Of a stretch of DNA of 64,000 nucleotides, positions 23,201-34,114 are shown one piece after another. Each line of letters starts with the position of its first letter. Position 1 is the first letter of the stretch. The notes below the pieces were generated by a model that made no database searches, was not told where the DNA came from, and saw only the letters and a program-made list of their open reading frames with translations. Origin of the DNA: Vicugna vicugna (lineage: Eukaryota); the NCBI GenBank assembly GCA_013265495.1, contig MU061578.1, positions 4,041,308-4,105,307 on the forward strand, read 5' to 3'. Both the position numbers and the translations under genes were made by a program.

Positions 23201-26200
23201 GCAGAAGACAACACGCGTCGTCTGGGCCATAGGGCCACTGTGGGGTCACCCTGCACCCTGCTGGCCCATGGAAGGAGGAACATCACCTGTCCCTGCTTGG
23301 ACTCTCCCCTACAGCACTCAGAACCCCGCAAACCCCTCAATTACACGTGGTAGAAAAACGTGACACCCAAGTTCCCTGAAAATCATCCTTCACAATTTTT
23401 TGAATAAAGTGGAAAAACAAAGCCCTCCCTGGATGCAGTATCATTCATTTTACCGATGAGAATTATCAAATAAGGGACTGGTGGCTTCTCCCATCCCCGT
23501 TGTCAAGGGAGGGGGAAGGAGCCTGGACACGGCTGGAGGAGAATGCTGTGGGGACACAAGCTGGGGAGAAGCAGATGGGGGAGGCATGGATGGGGCAGCG
23601 TCACACAGGCCACGTGCAGGCCCAGAGTCACGCACTCCCAGGGAGTCTCACATGGCTCCCAGAGCAGCAACAGACTCACGCTGCAGGGAGGTGGTGGCTG
23701 CACAGGTGGCATGAATGGTCCTGGCACAGGCAGGGCAGGGGACTGAGCTGGTCTCAAGGTCGAGCCCTCCAGACAAGAGCCACAGACACAGAGGGGAGGG
23801 GACGCACAAAGGACCCTGAGCAGCCCCAGAGCGGCCCATGGCCGAGGCAGGGCCATGGCTCCTAGTCCCCAGATCTAAGGACAAGGCCTGCATCCCCAGC
23901 AATGGCCGGGCAGCACCATGTGGGGCTTGGAAGGGCCCACTCCCTCTTCACTGTCTGGCAGGCTGTGGAACTGTGAACCCAGGCACTGGGAGCACCTGTT
24001 GGGGGGGGTCTCCCCATGCAGAGCACAGATGGTGGTACTCTGACACTGAACAAGACTGAAAGTAAAAGAAAAAATGACTTGGGGACCAACAAATCTAAAC
24101 CCCCACGTTATAAGACGAAGAAATAGAGGCTTAGAGTTGGGATATCTCACCCCAGACCTCATGGAGCCCCTGTGGTGTGCAGGCTGTGAAGGGGAGAGAG
24201 AGAGGATGCCATGCCCTGCCAAGTCCCTGGGTAGGGACTTGGAGCCAACCAAGCAAAAGTCAAATGCTAAGACTACATGGGCCCAGCAGTCCCATCTCCA
24301 GATGCACACACAAAAGGGCTGGAAGCCGCGTCTTGAAGAGATACGTGTGCCCTCACTATCAGAGCAGCACGATTCACAACAGCTCAAAGCTGGAAACAAC
24401 CCAAGTGTCCACTCACTGATAAATGGATGAGCAGAACGTGGTCCACCCAGTGGAATAGGACTCAGTATAAACAGGAAGGAGGCACCAACACAGGCTACAA
24501 CATGGAGGAGCCTCAAGACATTATGTTAAGTGAAAGAAGCTAGACACAAAGGGACATACACTGGGTGGGTCCACTCACACGAGGTCTCTGAAGCAGGCAA
24601 GTTCATAGTAATGGAAAGTAGAAGAGGGGTACCCGGGCTGCAGCGGGGAGTGAATGTTTAATGGGACAAAGTTTGGTGTGTTTTTCTTTTTTTTTTTTTG
24701 GCGGGAGGAGGTAATTAGATTTATTTATTGATTGACTTACTTATTAATGTATTTTTTAATGGAGCTACTGGGGATTGAACCCAGGACCTTGTGCGTGTCA
24801 AGCACATGCTCTACACTGAGCGATACCTCCCCCAGAACAGAGTTTCTGTTTGGGAGGATGAAAAGAATCTGGAAATAGACAGTGGTCATGGTTACATAAC
24901 AATGTAAATGTAATTAATGCCACTGAGTTGCACACTTAAAGATGGTTGAAATGGCAAATTTTATGTTATATGTATTTTATCACAACTTTAAACAACGCCC
25001 ACTGGAGACTGACAGAGGAGAGAGACAGAGAGATTGTCTCTGTTTTTAACTGAGATACATCACACCTACAGGAGTGTGAACAGGTCACACCTGAACAGCC
25101 TGTGGCATTTCACAAACCAACACCTAAGTGATGGCACCCAGACCAAGAGGATGGAACACGGCCAGCCCCCTGGGTGCCCCTCACTGAACACACGGGGGAA
25201 GATGACCATGCTCTCCTGTGAGCAGCAGGAACTGGAAATAAGGCAATTCCTTGCGCCCAGAGGGAATTCCTCTAATAAACTGTGTAAATACTTCTGGGGT
25301 AATCCCAGAAGTCGGTGCCAATCACCAGAGATCTGAGGGAATAAGGAAAAGCGGAAGATAGAGAAAGGAGGACACAAGACAACCCGGCTCCCACTTTGTA
25401 AAAAGAGAAAAGATAGAAACTTTAGAAGAATTATTACTGTATCATATGTAACTATGAAGAAGGAAACACCACGTGTGCAGACAGTGCTCTATGTGCCTGA
25501 GGACAACCTGATTCCTTCCTGTTCCCAACAAGAAGTTCCAAGAAACATTTTCAGGAGGTGAGAGAGAAATGGTCAAATATCTCCTAAGGATTTTTTACTA
25601 TATTAGGTACTGATGCATCCTTGTTTAAAATTCCTTACTACAGAGTTCCATTTAACGTTTCAAGCTCTCCCATGCATCTTCGCACCAGCACTGGGATATA
25701 GCTCGGTCTCTGGGAGCCCAGAGAGGTGAGGCTGTTGTGGAGCCTGTTCTAGGACAAGGAACCCCCCCCAACTTCTCACATAAATATGTAGACTAACATC
25801 ACTAACAAATAAAAACATGTAGAAATAAAGACGAGGAACTCACAGGACAACGGGCTAGAGAAATAAACAAGGCATTTACAAAGGAGAAAATGCAACCAGT
25901 CTCGACCACTAAGAGGCACTCCTCTTGCTTCTGAGGAGACAAATGCACCAAGAGGCCACCAGGGCTGAACCCCAAGTGCAGCACTCAGGCAAAGTGACAC
26001 TGCTGCCGGCAGGAATGCCAAGTGACAGTCACCAAGAGGATAGATGCGCTCACCCTCTGACCCAGGATTCCCCAAAGACAGACTGGCAAAAAGAGATAAA
26101 ACAACATACTGTTTGTAATCACCAAAGGCTGGAGACAACGGAGTTGTGATATGAACATCAAGGGAGCTCAGTGCAGCCTGGAGGAATGGGTAGTCCTAGA

Positions 26201-29200
26201 GGACAGCTATGGCGGGGGCGCCAGAAGTACCGTGAGGGAGAAAGCACTAAGAAAAGGGAGTGCAGCACACTACAGTTTACATCGTACGATGAGAGGTAAG
26301 AATACAGATGTATCTGCTTATATCAAAAATTACAGAAGGAGGAATTATTGTTTCACAGGGACAGAGTTTCAGTTTGAAGATGGAAAAGTTCCGGAGGTGG
26401 ATGGTGGTGATGGCTGCACAACAATGTGAATGGACTCAATGCCACTAAACTGTACACTTAAAAAAGCTAGGCTAAGAGATTTAATGTTATGTATGTTCCA
26501 CTACAATAAAAAATACAATGATTTAAGCTAATAGGAAAGTGGCCATTTCACAAAAACATAGTTTCAATCCTCAGAAATACTCTGCATCTACTGTAAGGTA
26601 AGCAAAACAAATTTCAGGGTCTGAGGAAAGAGGGACCAGCGGAGCTAAGCTGAGGCAGGGTCTGCAGGTTTATCCGGGGAGCCCACCCACAGAGCTGCAC
26701 CAGGGCACGACCACATGGCCCTAAGCATCGCCGGTGCACCAGCTGCAGCGGTGGCAGAGGCTGCGCCCCCCCACAGCTCCAGGGAGTGGATGCAGTGGGC
26801 GCCTCGGCTCTCTCATTTCCTAATGTTCCCCAGTGGTCCCTCAGGTCAGCTCTAAGCATCGTTGTGTTTCCTTGCCAGTACCATCACCATGGCAACCAGA
26901 GCCTGGCCAAGGTCTCCCCTCTCCCCAGCACTGAGCACCGAACAGGGACTATCATTTCACTCAGGGCATGTCACCTCCCGCTTATTACACAACTTAAGAG
27001 CATGAGCTGAGCTTAAAATACTGGAGAACATTTAATGAAAAGAAAATGACTTCACCTAAGAATGTCTAAGACACAAAAGGGAAAACCTCAGAACACAGTG
27101 GCAGAGCCTGGACCCTCCTCGGGGTGGGGAAAAGGCTGGCGGGACCCCAGGGGTCAGCCAACACAGCGGGCAGATGCTTCCTTGCCCCAGGAGTTCACTC
27201 ATCCATCCCCAGGGCCACCGTGTAGCTGACTGGTGGAGTCACTGACAGCCCTGCAGCACCTGTAATGTGACCAAGTGTGACTCAGCTCTACAGCTTGCCA
27301 AATTCAAGGTGGCACCTGTGGTTCCCAAACCCACCCATCACAAGTAGTGACCCAAAGAGCAGAATTCAAACAGGCCTCCATAGGATAATGTGATCCAGCA
27401 GCACATGCCAGACACAGGCCTGGAACCATGAAACCAGGAGGTGGCGCAGAGAGGAACATGCCGGGGGCTCAAGCCTGCCACCTGTCTCCAGGAGAACCCG
27501 AAATTGTCCCTTTCCCTCCCCCTATTCACTCAAAACAGAAGTGGACCCACAAACTCAGACCCACTATGCATCAACACCGGTTAAGCCAGGCCAGAGCAGA
27601 ATGGAACCACCTGGAAGTTCTGCTAACCCCAAGCTGTCTGATCCTGCTCGTCCCGGCAAGAACCTTGGATCTTATCTGCAGCAAAGTTCCCAGGTGATGA
27701 TGTTGCTGCTGGTCTGGGGCTGCAACAGGAGAATCACTGGGCTTGGAGAGACCCTCAAGTACATGACTCTCTCCTGGTCCTCCAGGAGCTCAGGCACAGG
27801 TGGGGACCAGAATATAGCACACAAGTAACTGAGATGCAAACTGACTGGAACCGAGCAGCCTCACTCAAGTTCAGAAAATGAGTGGCAACAGAAAGACGGG
27901 AGAAGGAAAGACAATTGTGGGGAGCAGGGGCACGGGAGTGCGGAAGGCAAAAAGGTGGGGCTAGTGGGGAAAAGTCTGAATGTCCCCCTCTCTTGGACAC
28001 TCAGGGTCAGGGGCTATCAGCTCACCCTGTGTTGACCACGCCCACCCATTCAGGCTGGTGCCTCTCAGCCTCTGGCTTCCAAGAGCTGCCCTGGGCTCCT
28101 GAGACAGGTCAGCGACCCCTCATTAGTCCCTAACATGGACCATCAGCCCAGCAACAAGTACACCTCCCTCCTCTGCACCCACAAAGCTGTCACTCTCTCC
28201 AAGGAATCTGTCTCTCTGCAGAGGCCGTCTCCCCACTGGCCTCCAAGGAGAACCAGCACTCCCTGTGCTGGATGCTTCCTCCAGGTCACCTCCTCAGTCC
28301 CCTGCCCATGTCACTGAAAGCAGGAGGGACTGAAGTGCTGCAGTCAGCATTGGTCAGTCTCTTACAGCTCCAACGTAGACACCTGATTGTAATTTCCTTA
28401 AGTAGGACAACTTGTAAACCAAAAAGTGTGTGTCTTCTAATCTGTAAATAGCCCCTTGACTTCTAAATATTATGCTCTGATGTTCCAGACCTGCCCTGGC
28501 TTTCTCCTTACCCCAAAAGCCCAAGCAGAGTTCACGCATAAGATCAGTTTAAACAAGAACAGTTTATAACCCTCCTGAAGTGAATGCATTTTCAACTAGG
28601 TCTTAGGGTCTAGGACACCCAGCTTTTTAAAATTAAACATTGCAAGAGCATCTCTCAACAGACAAGTCAGGCTAAGGACAAGTATGACACAGCCAGCACA
28701 CCAAGCCTCGGAGGTGTAGAAAAGTTTCTGTAAGTCAGCAAGCTCCCACAGTGCCCAGATTCATGGCTGGAAGGCCCCTCAACTCCCACATCGTCCACCC
28801 AGGCAACAAGGGGCCCATGCCCCCAGGTGTCCCATATGCAGTGAGGAGGGAGGGGCTTGTAGGGAGAAGCGCCAGGCTGCCAGGTGAAACCATGGTAGGG
28901 AGCCCTACAAACAGTAAGGCAGAACTCTAGAGCCAACCTGGGAAGCTACAGCACACTAGTGCGGCAGGACGGATTCTTACTAAAACCAAGAAAATCTATA
29001 AAATGTGATCTAGAGGACCACCCCCAGGGACTGCCTGCCTATGTCAGAAGGAAGGTTATCAGGAAAGAGGAAGGTTACTTTCTACAAGATACAGTTAAGG
29101 ACTGCTTGAACTGTCTTCCAATGGAAACATTCCCAGGGAGAGGCCCCTCAGACTCCTGCGGGAGCCTTTTCTTTTTATGCGTCTGACCTTCACGCACAGG

Positions 29201-32200
29201 GGTCTCCTGGAGGCGGGAGGTACCAACCACACCTAGGTTCTCTGTGTGAAAACCAGCCCTGATGATCTGCGGCCGTAGGCAGGCAGGACCAGACGGGAGC
29301 CCGGGGCGGTCCACACCCTGTGCCCCGCTCAGAGAGGCTTTCAGGATGTGACTGGACCCCAAGAAACCTCCGACCAATTGGCGCTTTCCTCCAAGCCCCA
29401 GCCTAAGAAATACCTGAGACCGATCTACGTGGGTGGGAACACCGACCCAGTGGGGCTGGGCCTGACCAGAAGTTCGGAGGCGGCGCCTGCTCTGCCAGCT
29501 CGTTCTGGGCCGACTCGCTCTGGGTGGACTACAGACTGCGCGCTGCGAGCAGCGGACCCAGACGATCCCGCCAAGCAGTGGGGAGACCAGTTCCCACGGG
29601 GGGCGGGGCGGCGAGCACGTGACCCGGAAGGCCAATCGCAGCACGCGCAGGGGAGGGGGCGTGTCAGCCAGAACAAAGGGCGAAGCGAGAGGGAGAACCT
29701 CGGGGCTCGAGCCTAGAGGGGCCCTCCCGGCCACAGGGTGCCCGCCCTGCGAGGGTGACAGTGGGGGGTGACGGCAGGGGAGGGGCAAAGGAAGGCGGGG
29801 TGACAGAGAGGAGGGGGGGTGACTGCCCGAGGAGAAAGGGGATGACAGCGGGGGACTACCCATAGGTGATAGCTGGAGTAGGTGGCGGTGACTGTGGGGG
29901 AGGCGGTCACTGGGAGGAGAATGACAGTGAGAAGGGAAGGATGACTGACCACTCGCCAATGAAAAAGGGTGACAGTGGGGGTGTGAGAAGGGGAGGAGAG
30001 TGACTGCTCACCAATGAAAGAGGGTGACAGCAGGGGAGGGGGCCACAGGAGGAGGGGTGACAGCAAGGGGGGGGAAATGACTGCATGCCTAGAAAAGGAG
30101 TTGACATCAGGTGTGCCAACCCTCTTGGGGGTCCCATCCTCTCCTGCCTACCACTCAGCCCCACAGTGCCCCCATCAAGCTCTGAGAACAACCTTGGATG
30201 CTTATATCACCTGACACTGCCTGAAGGGTCTTTGCTCTTTGACATATATTCATGATTTAAAACAAAAGGTTGGTAGTAAATATGCCTCAAATAGACATTT
30301 CAAGAACCAATGAACTGAAATAAAAGGAAGGCCTTTTCCTTGCTCTGAAAGGTAGTATCTATTTACAGATTCCATGGCAACCCTGCCTGGGCCAGAATAT
30401 GTAATTCAACAGGATGAACTCTGGGAGAGTCCATTCTGGTGGAACGAGGGGTAATTATTAAGGAAAGATTCCCAGGCGAGACATGTGGCCTGTCAAACAC
30501 TTTCTATGGGGCTGAAGCAATTCACCTCATGTGCTCAATAAAAGTCACAAACAAAATCTTTAGAAAAACATGTGTATTTCCATACTATGCATCCAAAATA
30601 GTATCAACCATTGTAGTCCCACTCTTCTTCTAAATGACAACCTACATGCTATGTAGGTTACATGTTAATATTTTCATAGTAAGTAACTGCAATATTACTG
30701 AATCAATATTTGAGCCCAGCTTAAAATGACCATCCACAGGTAGGTGTTCATTGCAGCACTTTTCATCCAATGGGAACTGGACCCCACCCTTATGCCCAGC
30801 AATGGGACTGAATCAATACCAGGACATCCAGACTCCAGAACCCGAAATAGCTGTTAAAACACGCTTTCTTGGGGGTAGGGGAATAAGCTTAGTGGTAGAG
30901 TGCCTGCTTAGCATGCATGACGTCCTGGATTCAACCCCCAGCACCTTCATTAAAAAAGAAGGAGGAGAAGAAGAAGAAAGAAAAAAAAAAGGTAAAACAT
31001 GCTTTCTTTTCATGTATTAAAAGCATCACCAGTTAGCCCCCTATCCTGGACTCTGGAATGGGGTCAGATATGCTGGGTTACTGGATCCCTGCACCAGGGT
31101 CTCAACAGTGGCCTCCTGGGGGCAACTAAGGACTTAGGGTCCAGAGAAGTGACTGACATGGCCAAGGGAAATGAGGGACCAGAGGCCAGGTCTCCACTAG
31201 ACAAAAACAGCTCTCTTCTAAAGACTCGCTTGCAGGGAACAGCAGCTCAAGAAGCAATTAAATAATGCATTTTTAAAATTTCACAGAAGTCTAACACCAT
31301 CTTAACCCAAGTGGGGCTGGCTATGTTATTTCCACAGGCTTCAGGCTGCCTTAACAACAATCCTATTTAACTATCTGGTGTTCAACTAAACACCTTTCAG
31401 GAAGTGCATAAAGCTTATAAGATGATCACCATACATCCAAGGTTTACTCCCAGGCCTAAGCATTTTTGAAAACTGATGAACAAACTGACATGTCTCCCCG
31501 TGTAGCAGGGTGAAAGCTGTCTTCAGAAGGGACCAGGGGGTGTGGGGTACAGCTCAGTGGTAGAGTGTGTGCTTAGTATGCATGAAGTCCTGAGTTCAAT
31601 CCCCAGGACCTCCAACAACAACAAAAAGTAAAAAGGGACCATACCTGGAGGACTACCTCCCTTCAGAAGGTCAGGGGATAGAGGCTACAAGAACTCCCCC
31701 AAGACAGGCCCGAATCAGGACAAAAGCAGAACGAGCTGCTCTTTCCAGACGGTCCTAGGGCACAGCCATGCCACCTCGCCTCCAGGTGGGAATGGACACC
31801 CCACTCCCAAAATGGCCCACAGCAAAAAGCAAAACCTCTCACTACCAATGTCTGCTGGTTACATGAGTATACAATTGGGCTTGTACTTTCCCTGTTTTCC
31901 CATTCGATGTATTTCAAAATAAAGACATCTGTTCATAACACCATCAGGAAATTTGTTAAAAAAAAAAAGTCAACCAAAACAAAACCTTGATTTCTTTAAC
32001 TTTAAAAGTGCTACACAAGTGACAGTCTGCAAATAACTTTCCTCTCAATTTTTTAAAAATTAAACACATAAACAGCAAGAAAGGAAACATTCCAGATATA
32101 TTTGCACAATGTTAGCAAACATCCTAACAAGTTCTCTGACCAAAAAACAACCGACAGCTACAAAATGGTTCTAAACTCAAAAAGTGTACCTCATAAGGGT

Positions 32201-34114
32201 TGGTTCTAAGGCAGGAAATTTAGAGAACTATGTGGCAATCAAAAGTGGGAAGTGAAGCAAAATCAGTTTGCACCATGCCAGGGTTATCCATCTCCTGCAC
32301 ATAGTTCTTCCCGCACTGGTCAAAAACTAGGGAAATGTCCCTACCAAAACCAGTGGTCTTGGAAAAACTTCAGAGTGCAGAGAGGACCCTGCAGGTGCCC
32401 GGTGCTGAAAAGCCCAAGTCCGCCGCCCACCCAGGTATGGGGGCCGGCGCTGCGCCCCACGCGCACACGCGCGCACACTCACTCGTCGCCGTCAGGGCAC
32501 ACGCCGCTGGCCTCGTCGTACTTGGAGCAGTACACGTCCGGGCTGTAGTTAAATGTGCCGTCGCGCCTGCGAAGCGGTCTACGCCGACGCTGATTTAGGA
32601 AATGCCAATGGAAACAGGTAAATGGCCTGTGCTGGGTGCACTTGTGCTGCACAAACAGGGAGCACTGCTCTGTCCTAAACTCCTTTAGATACCTAAAAAG
32701 ACAAACAGCGTTGGGGTCGCTTCTGCTGCCACCGCCGCCGGCGGGCGGCCTGGGGACTCGTGAGCAGGGGTCGGACCCTGAGCGCCCGAGGGCCCTGACC
32801 CCAGGCGCGATCCCCAACTCTGCCGCCCCCTCCGCCCATTTGCCCAGGCGCGTTCCTCGGATCTCAGGCACGATTCCCCATCCCCAATCCCAGGAGAGCC
32901 CTTCGACCCCAGGTGTTGGCCCCATCCTCTATTACAGGCATGGTCCCCAACCCCAGATGCAACCCCTCTATCCCCAATCCCAGGAGCGACCTCGGACCCC
33001 AGGCGCAGCCCCCCATCTCCAATCCCAGACATAATCTCCCACCCCAGGCGCAGCCCCCGTCCCTGATCCCAGTCAATGTCCTCCACCCCAGGCGCAGCCA
33101 ATACCTGACCCCAGGTATGACCCCCGACCCCAGGCGCAGACCCCCATCCCGATCTCAGGCATAGTCCCCGACCTCAGGTACGACCCCTCATTCCGAGTTC
33201 TGACACCTTCCACCCCGCCAAGCCCAGACGCGTTCCTCGGATCCTAGGCATGGTTTGCCAATCCCCGGCGCGGTCCCCAGCCCCAGAAGTGACCCCGCAA
33301 AACCCAGGTGCGTACTCCTGAACCCAGGCGCAGACCCTGTATCTCCAAGCTCAGGCGTGACACCCACTCCGACTCCGGACGATCCCAGGCGGCCGCCCCT
33401 CCAGAGCCCAGACGAGTTTCCGGACCTCAGGCGCGATCCCCCTGACCCCACGCGCAGCACCCCCATCCAGACCACAGACGCGATCCCCCAACTTCAGTTG
33501 CGATACCGCGACTCCAGGTGTGCCCCAGCCCACAAACCTCGGTACCATCCCCGACCCCAGGCTGAGGCAGCCCGAGTCCAGATGGCCTCCCTCCCCCCGA
33601 GTCCAGGTGCTGTCACCCATCGCTGACCACAGGCGCACTGTCGGCCGCCCCCGACCCACGACTCCAGGCGCTGTTCCCCGATCCCCATCCAGGCGCGTGG
33701 ACTCCCCCCACGGCGCGTTCCCCAGCCCCCAAGCCCAGGTGCCACCCCAGACCCTGGGCGCCGCCTCCTGACTTCAGGAGGCGGCAGCCCAGTAGGATGG
33801 TGGCCCCCCCGCCCAGACCCTAGGCGCGGCGCGGAGGTTGGGGTGTGGGCAGGCCAGGGGTACTGCAGGTGAGAGGCGGGGTGGGGGAACGGGGGGGGGG
33901 CGGCGCGGGGCCCCAGGCCGCACCCGGCGGCGGCTCCCAGGCCCATGGGCGGGGGGACGCGGGCGCGCGGGCCGGGGGCGCGCTGGGCCGCCCTCCGCCA
34001 CGCCCCCGCCCCAACCGCGGCCGACCAGGGCACTGACCTGTAGTGGGTCGGCTTCTCGGTCTGCGGGGGGGACCCGCTCAGCGCCGCCGCCGCCGCTTTC
34101 GAAACCGACGGCAT
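5085..34114 (-). CDS. UNKL: UNKL (Unkempt-like CCCH zinc-finger/RING protein), exons 1-10; gene continues beyond window start
   Basis: Spliced frame MPSVSKAAAAALSGSPPQTEKPTHYR-YLKEFRTEQC...CCCH fingers...AVEAVPG. Ten exons of 77,210,177,134,136,118,85,86,63,178 nt, all GT/AG and phase-consistent. Confidence 0.97.
6757..6895 (-). mobile_element. tRNA-Ala-derived SINE (Vic-1-like)
   Basis: Reverse complement of GGGTATAGCTCAGTG..AGAGCACATGCTTAGCATGCATGAG..GGTTC..CAGTACCTC with A-rich tail. Confidence 0.8.
6905..8320 (-). mobile_element. Old LINE-1 3' region (ORF2 end and 3'UTR), interrupted by MLT1
   Basis: CTTCTTTGGAGAAATGTCTA, CATACTGTTCTCCACAG..GCTGCACCA and TTTTGGTGTCA motifs; decayed ORF2-like MVQLLWRTVWQVLEKLKIE. 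Confidence 0.8.
7199..7532 (+). mobile_element. MLT1 LTR nested in L1
   Basis: TG...CA ends with 5-bp duplication GTCTT (7194-7198, 7533-7537); TGTTATGGCAGCC 3' end. Confidence 0.75.
9912..10288 (+). mobile_element. MLT1 LTR
   Basis: TTAAGATGAGGTCGTA..CCTAATCAATATGACTGATGTCCTTA...TTTGTCACGGCCGCC. Confidence 0.7.
10570..10632 (-). CDS. UNKL: UNKL exon 9
   Basis: ttgcag|, AKRRDSPAEGSQKASEQDSKQ, donor GTACCA. Confidence 0.9.
10950..11510 (+). mobile_element. ERV1-type LTR (MER34/MER39-like), boundaries approximate
   Basis: 3' end CTTTTCTTCTGTTTAATCTG..TTTGTCAGTTTAATTTGCAGG..GAACCTAAAATGGTAGAGGGAA. Confidence 0.55.
11265..11340 (+). mobile_element. Truncated tRNA-Ala-derived SINE inserted in an LTR
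   Basis: GGGGAGGGTATAGCTCAGTGGTAGAGCGTGTGCTTAGCATACACAAGGT followed by (AAAC)n. Confidence 0.75.
13190..13685. mobile_element. MER21-like LTR
   Basis: GGGGTGGGGCTGAAAGTTCTA..CTTCTAATCATGCCTGGTCTTTC..GTGACCAGCCCC..GCAGAGACCAATATACATATTTTCTATTATTTCACA. Confidence 0.65.
14362..14520 (-). mobile_element. tRNA-Ala-derived SINE (Vic-1-like)
   Basis: tRNA-like head plus AAATAAACCTAATTACCTCCC body and A tail on the minus strand. Confidence 0.85.
15279..15364 (-). CDS. UNKL: UNKL exon 8
   Basis: cggcag|, (K)SLGTASDWGCRDLASASSSTAPSGQLGH, donor GTAAGT; 86 nt preserves phase. Confidence 0.88.
15923..16007 (-). CDS. UNKL: UNKL exon 7
   Basis: gcctag|, IYKSTKCNDMRQTGYCPRGPFCAFAHVE, donor GTAAGT. Confidence 0.95.
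16657..16785 (+). mobile_element. tRNA-Ala-derived SINE (Vic-1-like)
   Basis: GGGGAGGGTATAGCTCAG...CAATCCCCAGTATCTCCA...AAATAAACCTAATTACCTCCCC. Confidence 0.85.
16836..16882 (+). pseudogene. Tailless 5'-half tRNA-Ile retropseudogene
   Basis: GGCCAGTTAGCTCAGCTGGTTAGAGCGTGGTGCTGATA flanked by the 14-bp direct repeat AAGCACAGACTCTC (16822-16835, 16883-16896). Confidence 0.8.
17093..17162. repeat. (TG)n/(CG)n compound microsatellite
   Basis: About 70 bp of alternating purine-pyrimidine. Confidence 0.95.
17831..17948 (-). CDS. UNKL: UNKL exon 6
   Basis: ctgcag|G, STPCPSVKHGDEWGEPSRCESGDSCQYCHSRTEQQFHPE, donor GTATGA. Confidence 0.95.
19182..19317 (-). CDS. UNKL: UNKL exon 5
   Basis: tttcag|, TNFVLGSYKTEQCPKPPRLCRQGYACPHFHNSRDRRRNPRRFQYR, donor GTGAGC. 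Confidence 0.95.
20360..20449 (+). mobile_element. tRNA-Ala-derived SINE
   Basis: ...GTGCTTAGCATGCACGAGGTCCAGGGTTCAATCCCCAGTGCCTCCATT followed by poly(A). Confidence 0.8.
22502..22635 (-). CDS. UNKL: UNKL exon 4
   Basis: ttgcag|G, ELQAQEALQNGQLGGGDGIPDLQPGVLASQAMMEKILGEDPRWQ, donor GTAACC. Confidence 0.94.
23017..23193 (-). CDS. UNKL: UNKL exon 3
   Basis: ctccag|G, CPYLHRTTGDTERKYHLRYYKTGTC...CAFAHG...CDIR, donor GTAAGT. Confidence 0.96.
24270..24995 (+). mobile_element. Old LINE-1 3' end (L1M-type)
   Basis: AACAACCCAAGTGTCCA..GATAAATGGATG, TAAGTGAAAGAAGC, AATGCCACTGAGTTGCACACTTAAA. Confidence 0.75.
24688..24833 (-). mobile_element. tRNA-Ala-derived SINE inserted in an L1 3' end
   Basis: Same head and TAATTACCTCC body on the minus strand; poly(T) on plus. 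Confidence 0.8.
29380..29750. promoter_or_regulatory. CpG-rich promoter-like element in UNKL intron 2
   Basis: GC box 29601-29608, CACGTGAC 29616-29623, CCGGAAG 29624-29630 and CCAAT 29632-29636 within 40 bp. Confidence 0.6.
29750..30085. repeat. G-rich degenerate repeat with recurring GGTGACAG/GTGACTG
   Basis: More than a dozen TGAC(A/T)G-like cores separated by G/A runs. Confidence 0.7.
30871..30990 (+). mobile_element. tRNA-Ala-derived SINE
   Basis: AGCTTAGTGGTAGAGTGCCTGCTTAGCATGCATGACGTCCTGGATTCAACCCCCAGCACC with A-rich tail. Confidence 0.8.
31536..31632 (+). mobile_element. tRNA-Ala-derived SINE
   Basis: tRNA-like head, (CAA)n/A tail, flanking direct repeat AAGGGACCA. Confidence 0.8.
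32483..32692 (-). CDS. UNKL: UNKL exon 2
   Basis: ttttag|G, YLKEFRTEQCSLFVQHKCTQHRPFTCFHWH...CPDGD, donor GA|GTGAGT. Confidence 0.96.
32780..33830. repeat. Degenerate GC-rich minisatellite-like array (core GACCCCAGGCGCA)
   Basis: CCCAGGCGC, CTCAGGCG and CCCAGAC cores recur every few tens of bp through UNKL intron 1. Confidence 0.7.

Noticed and set aside
29075..29959. 294-aa minus-strand ORF
   Set aside because: Pro/Ser-rich translation of GC-rich low-complexity and CpG sequence with no recognisable domain.
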